From contig NC_047017.1 of assembly GCF_902652985.1 (NCBI RefSeq), positions 17,360,001 through 17,424,000 of the forward strand: a stretch of DNA of 64,000 bases, written 5' to 3'. This DNA comes from Pecten maximus (Eukaryota). Positions 14,913 to 27,746 of the stretch are shown here, piece after piece (positions within the stretch are counted from its first letter, which is position 1; each line of letters starts with the position of its first letter). The notes beneath the pieces were generated by a model that was not told where the DNA came from, searched no databases, and saw only the letters and a program-made list of their open reading frames with translations. Both the position numbers and the translations under genes were made by a program.

Positions 14913-17900
14913 ATGAAGTTCATCTTGGTTGGAAATCGGATGGGACATATTCGGATGTGCAGATTCTTTGGCAGTGATAACCAGAAAGCACGGGCAAATA
15001 GAGATCATGAAATTATACGGTTATGCTTGAAAGATCAGAAACAAGTATGGGAAGATTGCAGATTACATACATTTTTTATCAGTTACATCATTCATTAGTC
15101 TGTATTAAGCTATAAGCTTCTGGATTTTCATGTTGAATTTAAAGTAATTATGTTCTGAAAATTTGTATTATATTTCAAAGCATAAAAGGTAGCCTATGTT
15201 TGTATATTATTTAGATACCAGGATATACATGCATGTTTATTTGTTTTATTACTGCTCATTTAAGGAGGGGATTGTGGAATACCAAGACACTATGCTGATT
15301 TATAGACTCTACACAAATCTAATCTTTATTGCCGGGACATCAGTGACTGAGGTAATACAACTTATGTTTACATTTGCTCCTCATTTTCCCATTGACACAA
15401 TGCTAAGAGGAAGTTGCCACCATATTCCTATAACACCCAGTGGAACAGGCTATAACACAGAGTGGGTCAGGCTATAACACCCAATGGGTCAGGCTATAAC
15501 ACCCAGTGGGTCAAGCTATAACACCCAGTGCCTCAGGCTATAACACCCAGTGTCTCAGGCTATAACACCCAATGGGTCAGGCTATAACTCCCAGTGGGTC
15601 AAGCTATAACACCCAGTGCCTCAGGCTATAACACCCGGTGTCTCAGACTATAACACCCAGTGTCTCAGGATATAAAACCCAATGGGTCAGACTATAACAC
15701 CCAGTGGGTCAGGCTTTAACACCCGGTGTCTCAGGCTATAACACCCGGTGTCTCAGACTATAACACCCAATGTCTCAGGCTATAACACCCAGTGTCTCAG
15801 GCTATACCCAGTGTCTCAGGCTATAACACCCAGTGCCTCAGGCTATAACACCCAATGTCTCAGGCTATAACACCCAATGTCTCAGGCTATAACACCCAGT
15901 GTCTCAGACTATAACACCCAATGTCTCAGGCTATAACACCCGGTGTCTCAGACTATAACACACAATGTCTCAGGCTATAACACCCAGTTCTTCAGGCTAT
16001 AACACCCGGTGTCTCAGACTATAACACCCAATGTCTCAGGCTATAACACCCGGTGTCTCAGGCTATAACACCCAGTTCATCAGGCTATAACACCCAGTGC
16101 CTCAGGCTATAACACCCAATGTCTCAGGCTATAACACCCAGTGTCTCAGACTATAACACCCAATGTCTCAGGCTATAACACCCGGTGTCTGAGGCTATAA
16201 CACCCGGTGTCTCAGGCTATAACACCCAGTGCCTCAGGCTATAACACCCAGTGGGTCAGGCTATAACACCCAGTGGGGAAGACAATAACACCCAGTGGGT
16301 CAGGCTTTCACACCCAGTGCCTCAGACTATAACACCCAGTGGGTCAGGCTATAACACCCAGTGGGTCAGGCTATAACACCCAATGGGTCAGACTATAACA
16401 CCCAGTGGGTCAGGCTATAACACCCAATGTCTCAGACTATAACACCCAATGGGTCAGACTATAATACCCGGTGTCTCAGACTATAACACCCAATGGATCA
16501 GACTATAACACCCAGTGGGTCAGACTATAACACCCAGTGGGTCAGGCTATAACACCCAATGGGTCAGACTATAGCACCCAGTGTCTCCGACTATAATACC
16601 CGGTGTCTCAGGCTATAACACCCAGTGGGTCAGACTATAACACCCAGTGTCTCAGACTATAACACCCAATGGGTCAGACTATAACACCCAGTGGGTCAGG
16701 CTATAACACCCAATGGGTCAGACTATAACACCCAATGTCTCAGACTATAACACCCAGTGGGTCAGACTATAACACCTAGTGGGTCAGGCTATAACACCCA
16801 GTGGGTCAGACTATAACACCCAATGGGTCAGACTATAACACTCAGTGGGTCAGGCTATAACACCCAGTGCCTCAGACTATAACACCCAATGGGTCAGACT
16901 ATAACACCCAGTGGGTCAGGCTATAACACCCAATGTCTCAGACTATAACACCCAGTGGGTCAGGCTATAACACCCAGTGGGTCAGGCTATAACACCCAGT
17001 GGGGAAGACAATAACACCCAGTGGGTCAGGCTTTCACACCCAGTGCCTCAGGCTATAACACCCAGTGGGTCAGGCTATAACACCCAGTGGGTCAGGCTAT
17101 AACACCCAATGGGTCAGGCTATAACACCCAGTGGGCCAGGCTATAACACCCAGTGGGTCAGGCTATAACACCCAGTGGGTCAGGCTATAACACCCAATGG
17201 GTCAGGCTATAACACCCAATGGGTCAGGCTATAACACCCAGTGGGTCAGGCTATAACACCCAGTGGGTCAGGCTATAACACCCAGTGCCTCAGACTATAA
17301 CACCCAGTGGGTCAGACTATAACACCCAATGTCTCAGACTATAACACCCAGTGGGTCAGGCTATAACACCCAGTGGGTCAGGCTATAACACCCAATGGGT
17401 CAGACTATAACACCCAGTGGGTCAAGCTATAACACCCAGTGCCTCAGACTATAACACCCAGTGGGTCAGGCTATAACACCCAGTGGGTCAGGCTATAACA
17501 CCCAGTGGCTCAGGCTATAACACCCAGTGACTCAGGCTATAACACCCAGTGCCTCAGGCTATAACACCCAATGGGTCAGGCTATAACACCCAGTGGGTCA
17601 GGCTATAACACCCAATGGGTCAGACTATAACACCCAGCGGGTCAGGCTATAACACCCAGTGGGTCAGACTATAACACCCAGTGGGTCAGGCTATAACACC
17701 CAGTGGGTCAGGCTATAACACCCAATGGGTCAGGCTATAACACCCAGTGGGTCAGGCTATAACACCCAGCGGGTCAGGCTATAACACCCAGTGGGTCAGG
17801 CTATAACACCCAATGGGTCAGACTATAACACCCAGTGGGTCAAGCTATAACACCCAGTGTCTCAGGCTATAACACCCGGTGTCTCAGACTATAACACCCA

Positions 17901-20900
17901 GTGCCTCAGGCTATAACACCCAGTGTCTCAGGCTATAACACCCAGTGGGTCAGACTATAACACCTGGTGTCTCCGACTATAATACCCGGTGTCTCAGGCT
18001 ATAACACCCAATGGGTCAGACTATAACACCCAGTGGGTCAAGCTATAACACCCAGTGCCTCAGGCTATAACACCCAGTGTCTCAGGCTATAACACCCAGT
18101 GGGTCAGGCTATAACACCCAGTGGGTCAGACTATAACACCCAGTGTCTCAGACTATAACACCCAATGGGTCAGACTATAACACCCAGTGGGTCAGGCTTT
18201 AACACCCAGTGTCTCAGGCTATAACACCCGGTGTCTCAGACTATAACACCCAGTGCCTCAGGCTATAACACCTAGTGGGTCAGGCTATAACACCCAATGG
18301 TTCAGGCTATAACACCCAGTGTCTCAGGCTATAACACCCAGTGGGTCAGACTATAACACCCAGTGTCTCAGACTATAACACCCAGTGTCTCAGGCTATAA
18401 CACCCAATGGGTCAGGCTATAACACCCAGTGTCTCAGGCTATAACACCTGGTGTCTCCGACTATAACACCCAGTGGGTCAGGCTATAACACCCAGTGTCT
18501 CAGGCTATAACACCCAATGGGTCAGACTATAACACCCAGTGTCTCAGGCTATAACACCTGGTGTCTCCGACTATAACACCCAGTGTCTCAGACTATAACA
18601 CCCAGTGTCTCAGGCTATAACACCCAGTGTCTCAGGCTATAACACCTGGTGTCTCCGACTATAACACCCAGTGTCTCAGGCTATAACACCCAGTGGGTCA
18701 GACTATAACAACTGGTGTTGGGTGGTGAGATGGTGCAGTGGTAACACTCTTGCCTTTTACCTAAGCGACATGCAGAGTTATATTACTTGTTGTTGAATAT
18801 GAAAAGGTATAAGGGTCACCTAAATGGCCATGTGGTTTTTCTCCAAGTAATCTCTGGTTTCCTCCCGCCCTAAGACCCCTTGTGCTCTTCCATCTAGGCC
18901 AAAAAGAGTGATTTATATAAGCTGATATAACTTGTTTCATAATTGTTGTAAAACAAATAAAATTCATAATACCAGTGTTCTTGTAGCCTTTTATTCTGCT
19001 CAGACATCTTATATCACATGCTTTATATCACCATCACATTTTTCAATGCTTTTATCATTATCAATATTTCAAATATTCCTTTACACTATTCTGACCTATT
19101 ACTCCAACTTTGTTCTCTTCATTTATATTATCAGGAATTCTATATTGATAATGAAGTTTATTTTGTCGATAGCTGGAGGAGTATTCTTGATCATAAAGAT
19201 GAGACTTGGCTTCACGATGTATCACGTTATATAAAATTGCACTTTGATATGTGTATTGTATTGTTCAGGACCGAAAGAAAAAACAAAATTTACATTGAGA
19301 AAATATCATTTTATCAATCTCTCTATCTTTATAAAGCATAGAAATGGTTTACATTATGTATACATTCAGAATGAGCTAGCAGTGATGGAAGTCCTACAGA
19401 ATTTTGTCGAAACTGTCATCAAGTATTTTGAAAATGTGGTAAGTACAAGAAGAAACTTATTCATTTTGAATAAAAACTCTCATTTTACATTTCAAAAATA
19501 TCAATCCCTAGTACAGTTTGAAAGCAATATATAATTTTGTAAGCATGAAGAATACTAGCCCTATTACTGAACTTGGATACAGATACCTGTGTAGCCTAAA
19601 GAATGTCCAAGTCTGGTGTCGGGACAGAGGAAACTCTGGCTAAGATACCAGGTACTATTTATGTATATATACCACTAATATAGCAGACTAGAAATAAGTC
19701 AGTTGATGTGTCAATCTTCATCCTCTGTTAACATCTTGTCCTAATGAATAGTTATAACTTCTTAATAAGGTAGTTGTTCAATTGTGATAAGTTTTTACAT
19801 TTCTTGATTTTCTAAGGAGTTATGTCCCTTTAATCATTTTTATGTGAGAGTAAGGCTTTTTCATTAGCCTGTTTTGTCTGACAATTCGAGGCCTGATTGT
19901 GTTAATTTTGTTTGTTTCAGTCAGAGCAGGATGTATCCTTTTTAAACACAACTCTGCATATCAAATGTAGTAAAGTTGTCTCAGGACAATACCATATTGA
20001 ACAGTATTAGCAACTTAAAATGCCATGCTATTATTTAGATTCAATTGTGCATGTATGTAAACTGGCCATGTATTTTAATCAGATAATCTCAAAATTTAAG
20101 GAAGTCTTTCTTGATTTTTAATATGGCATATAATTTGCATAAATGTATATTCAAGTTTATTTTGCAATGTAAAAAAACAAAAACAACAAAACAACATTAC
20201 ATTGTTTAGATAAAAAAATACTTTACAATGATAATTCATATTTCTGTGTTGTAATATTTAAGAATTGTACCTCATATTGACTGCGTATATGGTACGCAGT
20301 CAAAATGAGGTACAATCCTTATATTTAAATCAAACAAATCGTTTAGATACAGTACAAAGAAAAGAAAATTCAGTGTGTGTTGCAACGTTGGTAACTATGA
20401 CAGCCGTGGTTGCTAAGATAATATAGTTTCAGTGAATCTACGTAAAGACACCAGTATTGTTCACAAAATTAAAAGATACAGCTCCACATTTTTGTTTAAT
20501 ACCTTTTACATTTTTAATTAATTCATATATTCACAATCCACAATTTCCGTCTCAGACTAACTATGGTTGTCAAGCACAGTGTGTATTGACACAAATTTAG
20601 TAGTGACATTGTAAAATGTTCTCTATGAAATGTACGCTTCAGCCATTTGTTGTTAGATTACCTCATGGAGAAGTTAAATATGCATTCATTTCCACAATAT
20701 TCAGTTTAGTTTTTGATAAAATACTCACTTGACGTTAGCTTTTTGTGCAGAGATCATCGAGAAACAGAAGAAAACGTTAAAATTGCGTTGATCAGTCCTT
20801 TCAAAATGGCGCCGTCTAGTTGACATTCTGGTAACGTCACAAATAGACGACATCATAATTATGTTATCGATTCCTGCACTTACTAATCCGCTGAGCCTTT

Positions 20901-21125
20901 TTTCACTGCGTATACGCTAATTTATTCACAGTACGAGTATACTAAGCTGAAGAAGGGAGAGATGTAAATATATTTATGTATTGTTCCTTAACCTGTCAGT
21001 TTGTTTATAACATGGATAAGATCCATATGATCCTGGATGAAATGGTGGTTTCTGGAAATATAGCAGAGACCAATAGATCAAGAGTGCTCCTCCCTCTCCA
21101 GCTGATGGATGCTACCAGAAGATAA
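14913..21125 (+). CDS. AP4S1: AP-4 complex sigma subunit-like (clathrin adaptor small chain), 141 aa
   Basis: All-phase-0 exons 14913-15044, 15265-15351, 19370-19438, 19921-19932, 21000-21125 give MKFILVGNRMGHIRMCRFF...IVEYQDTMLIYRLYTNLIFIAG...ENELAVMEVLQNFVETVIKYFENVSEQDFVYNMDKIHMILDEMVVSGNIAETNRSRVLLPLQLMDATRR, colinear with AP4S1 as I recall it (NEMAIYEFIHNFVE...[34 protein letters not shown]). The frame is open upstream of the ATG to an acceptor at 14877, so an N-terminal extension is possible. Confidence 0.88.
15425..18712. repeat. 22-bp minisatellite (~150 copies, 3.3 kb) in AP4S1 intron 2
   Basis: Unit CTATAACACCCAGTGGGTCAGG with GTGTCT/GTGCCT/AATGGG variants. Confidence 0.97.
18718..18962 (+). 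mobile_element. Degenerate tRNA-derived SINE (V-SINE-like)
   Basis: A-box-like TGGTGCAGTGG, a V-domain-like GTGGTTTTTCTCCAAGTAATCTCTGGTTTCCTCCC, and an A-rich tail. Confidence 0.6.
19933..20999 (+). other. U12-type (minor spliceosome) GT-AG intron
   Basis: Donor GTATCCTTTT at 19933; branch site TTCCTTAAC at 20984-20992 just upstream of the AG at 20998-20999; splicing restores the frame SEQD/FVYNMDK. Confidence 0.9.
20253..20970. mobile_element. Hairpin-ended non-autonomous element inside the U12 intron
   Basis: Palindrome at 20253-20326 (AAGAATTGTACCTCATATTGACTGCGTA / TACGCAGTCAAAATGAGGTACAATCCTT); far end ATGTAAATA; internal ~140-bp core shared with 52728-52865. Confidence 0.6.
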
Positions 21126-22467
21126 TATTCCCTAGCAGACATTGTTATAAGGCTCTGTGTATTCCCTGTTAATGGATAAGTGTTTACAATAGGAGTAAAT
21201 TTTCTGGAGGAGTGACTTCTGAAGCTGAAGTCAGCCTGGCAAAGATTAAAAGGTGAAATGTAAGAGGTAGAATGTATGGCCTCAGTATTGTAATTCATAG
21301 CACCACAAGGGGTATCTACTTCATGATAGAATTGACATGATGAGGGGAATCCATTCCATGTCATACCCATGAGCAAATAGATATGAAGAAGGTTTGTGTC
21401 AATTTCTAGGAAAGATGTGAACTCACAGTTGACCTCAAAGGCGAAGCCATTCTAAGGAGAAACATGGAGTCAGAGGTATAACTACATCAGGAGATATAAA
21501 GCCTTGTGACACCATTTTAGGAGAGACTTGAACTTCTGGGTTAGTAAGCCATTCTAGAAGAGGAGTGAACTGACACCTGTGAATTGTTTTATGAGACAAA
21601 GTAATAGGAAAGTCATGCTCTTGGAAAGACATGGCATCAACAGTATAACTCCGTATGGAGAATTATTACCATGTAAAATCATTCCAGGAGGGTTGTGACC
21701 CACCAGGAACATACATGGACTGAAAGTGTTGTATTTGTGAAAACATATGGGGGTGTTTCTCAGAAGACAAGAAGTTATGGCCCCAATTAAACATATGGGG
21801 TGGTTTGTCAGATGACAAGAAGTTATGGCCCAATCATGCAAAAATCTTTTTAAAATGCTATTTATTTTAATATACCAGTATGTTGATAATTTACTTTTGG
21901 TGTGAAACACATATGTATTCCTTGACCAAAAGGTTTGATTTTGTGTTAAAGAAGTGCCATGTCTTGATCTTCTGGAGACAGACAATCTTTCCATATTTTT
22001 TACTGTCTGGTATTTTTACCTACATTTTTGTGAAATATTTTGTTTTGTGCATAGAGTTAGATTGTATGTGAATGTAATCTTCTAAGATTTGAAAGTTTTC
22101 TGTCAAATATAGCAAACAGACAGACTGTTGAAAGTCTGAAAGAATAGATAAGGGTGCATCCTTACAAAAAATATCACTTAAATGATTGGTTGAATTTTGG
22201 ATAAATTGAACTCCAGTCTGAATGAAATGATTCAATTTGTTTTCTAGTTAATGAAAGTGATCACCTTTTGCAATAGTATTAGTTTGCAAAATTCTTGGAT
22301 CATAATGAATATTTTACCCACATTTCAAGAGATATTCAAGCATACTAGTAATTTGTTTTAAACATATTGTTCATCTTACTTTAAATTTTACTTCAAATAT
22401 ATAATTGATGTGAATTTTGTTTGTTGTTACCGAATAAAATCAAAGTCCGAATTGTCTTTTTATTACT

Positions 22468-22645
22468 TTTTTTAGGTTATTTAACCTATAGTCATCATGT
22501 TTGGTCCATCGTTGTCCATTGTGCGTAAACTTTTCACACTTCACACTTTTGTCAGTGAGATTCTGTTGAAACTTTGCTGAATGACTCTAAGATGATTCTG
22601 ACCAATTAGAGTCAGATGACCATTAAGTCCCATGGACCTCTTGTT
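22468..22645 (+). mobile_element. Short HINE-like remnant
   Basis: TTTTTAGGT start, GTCC/GTTG microsatellite-like stretch, 3' end AAGTCCCATGGACCTCTTGTTT. Confidence 0.4.
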
Positions 22646-23936
22646 TAATTAGAGATAATTTCAGGTTGCATCAAAACTTATGACAAAAAGTTCAGGTCTC
22701 GCACAACTAATTATTTCACTACACATGTATATGTTATTACCAAGGACTCCATCCCCTCAGTCGCTCATTTAAAGTTAAAATTTATATCAAATTAAAGTTT
22801 AAAAATTTCCCTACCAAAAAATGATGTTATTGGATAGGTTTATTAGCATATAAGAGCACACCAGTACTTTAAAGACAGTAACCCTGATATTCACAGTGGA
22901 CACAGGAACCCCCACCAGGGGAATTCCCACCTTTTTACACCTGGAATCCTACATCTTCCTATTTTTACCAGGAGTGTATATTTTGGATTTTTAAAATTTC
23001 AAGACCCTACTCTTTATTCTGGTATATAGAAAAAAAAAACTTTGCATGTATTATTTACTCAAGAAATAGCTACAAACCCAAGAACCACATTTTCTTCAGG
23101 GACTTGGTTCAGGTGAAACACTGATTGGCTGAAGTAGTTGTGTGAGACCTTCATATTTAACAATTATCTCCCTTTGAACAGGTCGCTACATTTCAACATT
23201 TCAAAAGTACTTCTATTGATACCTATGAAACTAGAAAGGTATCAACAGCAGGTTTGTAATGAGGATTTCATTACAATGAGAGTCTTTAAAATGTCTCTTA
23301 TATGTGTATTTTTGGTCCCAGGGTGTTTATCCAATTATCACATTTACAAGTTTTTTAAACTTTTTTTTTCTATGTTAGAATACAGAATACAATGTAAGGT
23401 AATATACCTATTGTCATCGGAGTGAAGTCGTGGTAAACTTGACAAAGAATCTGTCTAGTTCGTGATTGATAAGACAAGGTCATACCTGGGGCATGTGACA
23501 CAGTCTGTTGATGTAATAAACAGGATTCCATTTGGATGTGTATTCTGTTAAGCCTATACAATATAGTACAAGGGTGAAAGTAGTAAACGAGACAGTCTGG
23601 TTCAGATGACCTGTGTCACTGGTAACTATTTTGAGTGGTTTGAAGAAATATTTGATAAAAACCGTTTGTTATTCTTTAAATATGCAGGGGTGAAACAATT
23701 ATATAACGTATTGTTGTCTATGCTGTATATTGCTATACTACCTAATTATAACATTATCTGAAGTCAAACAGTATCCTTAATTCAAAATAATTTTACAAGA
23801 AGGATGACATGTACATAAATTACATTAATTTTACATGAAGGGTGACCTATATATACAATATGGCAAGGACTCCGTGCATGTAATTAATTTCATGCAGATA
23901 TCACATAATAAAGACTTGATATTGATCAGATTTTAA

Positions 23937-26900
23937 TTACCCGACAAATTGACTGGGATTGAGAACATCAAATTTCATTCCGTTTCCCATGGACCCTGAT
24001 GTGCTGCCAGCACTAACTCCACTCATAAACTTGGATGGATCGGTCATACTGGAAGAGGACATCATTTGTTGATTAAGTTGATTTGGGTCGAAGCTACCAG
24101 AGCCACTACCACTGTTAGATCCTCCTCCAGAACTACTCCCAGAACTGCTGCTACTTCCACCACTACTTGACCCACCCCCACCAGAAGAAGAGCCACCTCC
24201 CATCATGTTGCTAGGCGACATCATCTGACTTGAGCCGCCACTTGGACTTGACGAACCCCCACTTGATCCACTGCTGCTGCCTCCACTACCAGAAGAACCA
24301 CCTCCCATCATGTTACTAGGTGACATCATCTGACTTGAACCACTTCCAGACGATGATCCTCCTGTTGATGACGAACCTCCTCCACTTCCACTCATCATAT
24401 TGCTCGGCGACATCATCTGGCTGGAACTGCCACCAGATGATCCACCACTTGAACCCGAAGATCCACCACTGCTCCCCATATTTTGCATGAATTGAGCAGG
24501 ATCAATTTTGTTTTTATCGGGACTGTTAATTGCATTTGGATCAAAGCTACCAGAACTACTGCTGCTACCCCCTCCAGAGCTGCTACTGCTTCCGCCGCTA
24601 CCCCCGGAACTTCCTCCCATCATGCTACTAGGCGACATCATCTGGCTCCCGGATGAACCTGAAGATCCTCCCATTGACGATGAACTTCCTCCGCTTCCAG
24701 TCATCATATTGCTTGGTGACATTTGACTTGAACTGCTTCCTGATGACCCACTACTTGATCCTGAAGTTCCACTTCCACTGGAACTGCTAGATGAACCACC
24801 ATTCATGTTCATTCCTTGAGTCATAGAAGACATTTGCTGCTGCATATTTTGGAGATTTTGGTTGAGCATGTTGTTGTTCATCGATGTCGGATCAAAGCTG
24901 CTGCTGCTACTACTGCTACTTCCACTTCCACCACTACTTCCACTGCTACTACTAGGTTGTTTCTGTTGATTAAGATTATTAGGGTTAAAACTACCTGTAT
25001 TTGATCCTGAACTGGACCCACTAGGGGATGACTGGCTTCCACTGCCTCCGCTTCCACTATTCATGTTTTGTTGAGCTTGCTGCATCATTTGGTTGTTCAA
25101 AGCATTAGGATCAAAGCTGCTGGAACTTCCACTAGATCCTGAACTGGATCCTGAACTAGATCCTGAACTAGATCCTGAACTAGATCCACTCGAAGATGAC
25201 TGACTTCCGCTACTGCTTCCTCCTCCACTGTTCATGTTTTGTTGTGCCTGTTGCATCATTTGGTTGTTCAAAGCATTAGGATCAAAGCTGCTGGAACTTC
25301 CACTAGAACCTGAACTGGATCCTGAACTAGATCCTGAACTGGATCCACTCGAAGATGACTGACTTCCGCTACTGCTTCCTCCTCCACTGTTCATGTTTTG
25401 TTGTGCCTGCTGCATCATTTGATTATTAAGTGAGTTGGGGTCGAAACTGCCCATCGATGAACTTCCTGAAGAACTGGAAGAAGAACCTGATATCATTTGA
25501 TTAGGGTTGAAGCTGCTACTTGAACTCCCCGAACTACTTCCGGAACTGCTTCCGGATGAGGAACCGCCAGAACCCGAAGATGGATTATTGGATTGCATGT
25601 ACTGTTGAGCTTGCTGCATCTGTTGTTGGAAAAGAGCATTTGGGTCGAAACTTCCAGATATGCTCGTATCTGACTGTGAAGATCCGGATGAACCTCCACT
25701 GCTACCATCTGAAGGGTTTGCCGGATTACTCCCTCCTGGGGATGCTACATTGCTAGAGCTACCTGTCAGAAACGACTGAGCAGCTTGTGATTGTTGTTGA
25801 TAGATGGCGTTAGGATCGAATGAAGCCCGTTTGAATACTGAAACGAACGTTTGATATATTTAGTGATTTATAGGAGTGATGAAAGTAGCTGAACAATAAT
25901 ATCACAGATAATAGTTAATATGTTCATTCATCAATGAATTATACATTGAACATATAAGCCGCACAGGAATTAGATATAGACGCAAAAAAATGAATTATAC
26001 TGCATCATACAGCTGTTTTGTCCTTCTAGAACTCATCAATACTATGGACCTGAAGTGCTTCTGCCTAGCAGTTAACGGAGGAAACTAAAAACAAGTCGAA
26101 AGAAATGTCAACATTTTGATGGGGAGGGAACAACAGCCTTATTACTCGATACATTTGTTTAGCAGAAATTCAATAACAGAAACACCATTTAACTGTCAGC
26201 TTTAGCTATTAAAAACTACCTGGTAGTTATTTAACTTACATTTGTTTTGAAAGAAGCGCTGGTTTGCATGTGCTAGATGAACTATGGCAGCTTGTCTAAC
26301 ATTATAAATCTACTGTTACGGTGAATCATGGGGTTAAAGTTGTAATATATATAACCTGTAATTAGACTGTTGATTCAGAGATATCGTATCCAACTATCTA
26401 TACAAATTGGCGGTGCAAGTCCAGTGATATATAATTAAAAGGATATTTATCTACTGAAGCGTTTTGAGTAGAAGAACTTCAAGTGGCAATCGTATTAAAA
26501 GATTGAATTGAATTGAGTTACATTTTAACCACTAATCTTTAAAATGGTTTAAAAACAAGGTGCGCTTGGAATTTTATCAATTTTTTTTATTATCCAGTGT
26601 TATTTATAGGTGTGTGTTTAATACGTAAAAGTACCAGCGGTATAGAAAGCATTACAGTCTAAATCGCGATTATAAATCTATAATACTGTTTGTCAAAATC
26701 AGTTTTGGCTCATCCCACACATAAGGACTATCAAGAGTTGTAGTAGCTACATGTGCGGAACGAAACGAACAACCAAGGGAAAAAAACAAATTAAGAGTTC
26801 AACCTCCTTGCCATGGACCAAAAACAACACATTTGAAAACGTCATGTCAGACACAAAGGATTAGTACCTTAAGATATTAATGAGACAAATCACAATAAAA

Positions 26901-27746
26901 AAAGAAAAATAATTTAAATTGGAAATCAAAACAATATATATATACAAGGCGTACCTACGGAAATAAGGAGGAAAGGACAATGTGCAATAAAAGAGAAAAA
27001 TACAAAGTATATATCTACATGATGACATGCATATATGCATTAGGTAAGAGCTGTCTTACCTGAATTAAGGAAGAGGTGAAGGATATCATTATTCTAGTAA
27101 GTAAATGATCTATTGGTACAGATACTGTACAACATAAAATGTTTGTTTTATATAAACATTCGGCTTTCAATGTTTATAAGGAACAACAGGAATTGTTTAA
27201 GACAATTATTCTATTTATAACCACGACATCCGAAATTTTGTACCACACAACTTCACATATCTAATGAGATTGAGACCACAAGAAAAACATATCATTTTAA
27301 ACAGTAATGACCACTAGATACTATTTATCCATGTGAGTAATGTTCACTGCATTGTCGGGTTCCGGGAGCTGCCGGGAGCTGAGAGCACTTTCATTAGACA
27401 TTTAAAGAGGACTGGTGAAATACCATATCGGATTTCTCTACCAAAAATAAATTGTTTTTGAGGATGCATTTATTTTTTGCATGATTATCATTATGTGATT
27501 TCAACTCTTGTACTTTGGATACCAATAGTATCGTTTTTCATCCATTCCAATTTTGCGATGTCTTTTTCGCGATCGTTACATATTTGCAAAAAAAAAAAAA
27601 TAATAATAATATCAAAACCCGCAAAAATAACCAGTTTTGTGGTTATTCTGTGAAATAAGCTATAAGAACTTATATCGTTAAAGTTAAGGATTACCTGGGA
27701 GTGCATTGCAGCATGCTATGCAGACGAGTGCTATACAAAGAATCAT
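23937..27746 (-). CDS. FDPN gene A: secreted Ser/Gly/Met/Gln-rich FDPN-repeat protein, ~650 aa
   Basis: Exon 1 27695-27746 encodes signal peptide MILCIALVCIACCNA-LP with a phase-1 donor GTAATC. Exon 2 23937-25837 has acceptor TTTCAG and starts VFKR-ASFDPNAIYQQ, in frame with the 560-aa ORF. About 10 F[DN]P[NT] motifs; ends QFVG*. Confidence 0.85.

Noticed and set aside
15425-18712. Possible CRISPR-like array
   Set aside because: Contiguous tandem units without unique spacers, in a eukaryotic intron, with no cas genes.
27060-27089. Alternative first exon for gene A (MISFTSSLIQ|GTAAGA)
   Set aside because: Phase 0 does not match the phase-1 acceptor at 25837 and it is not a signal peptide; 27695-27746 fits both.
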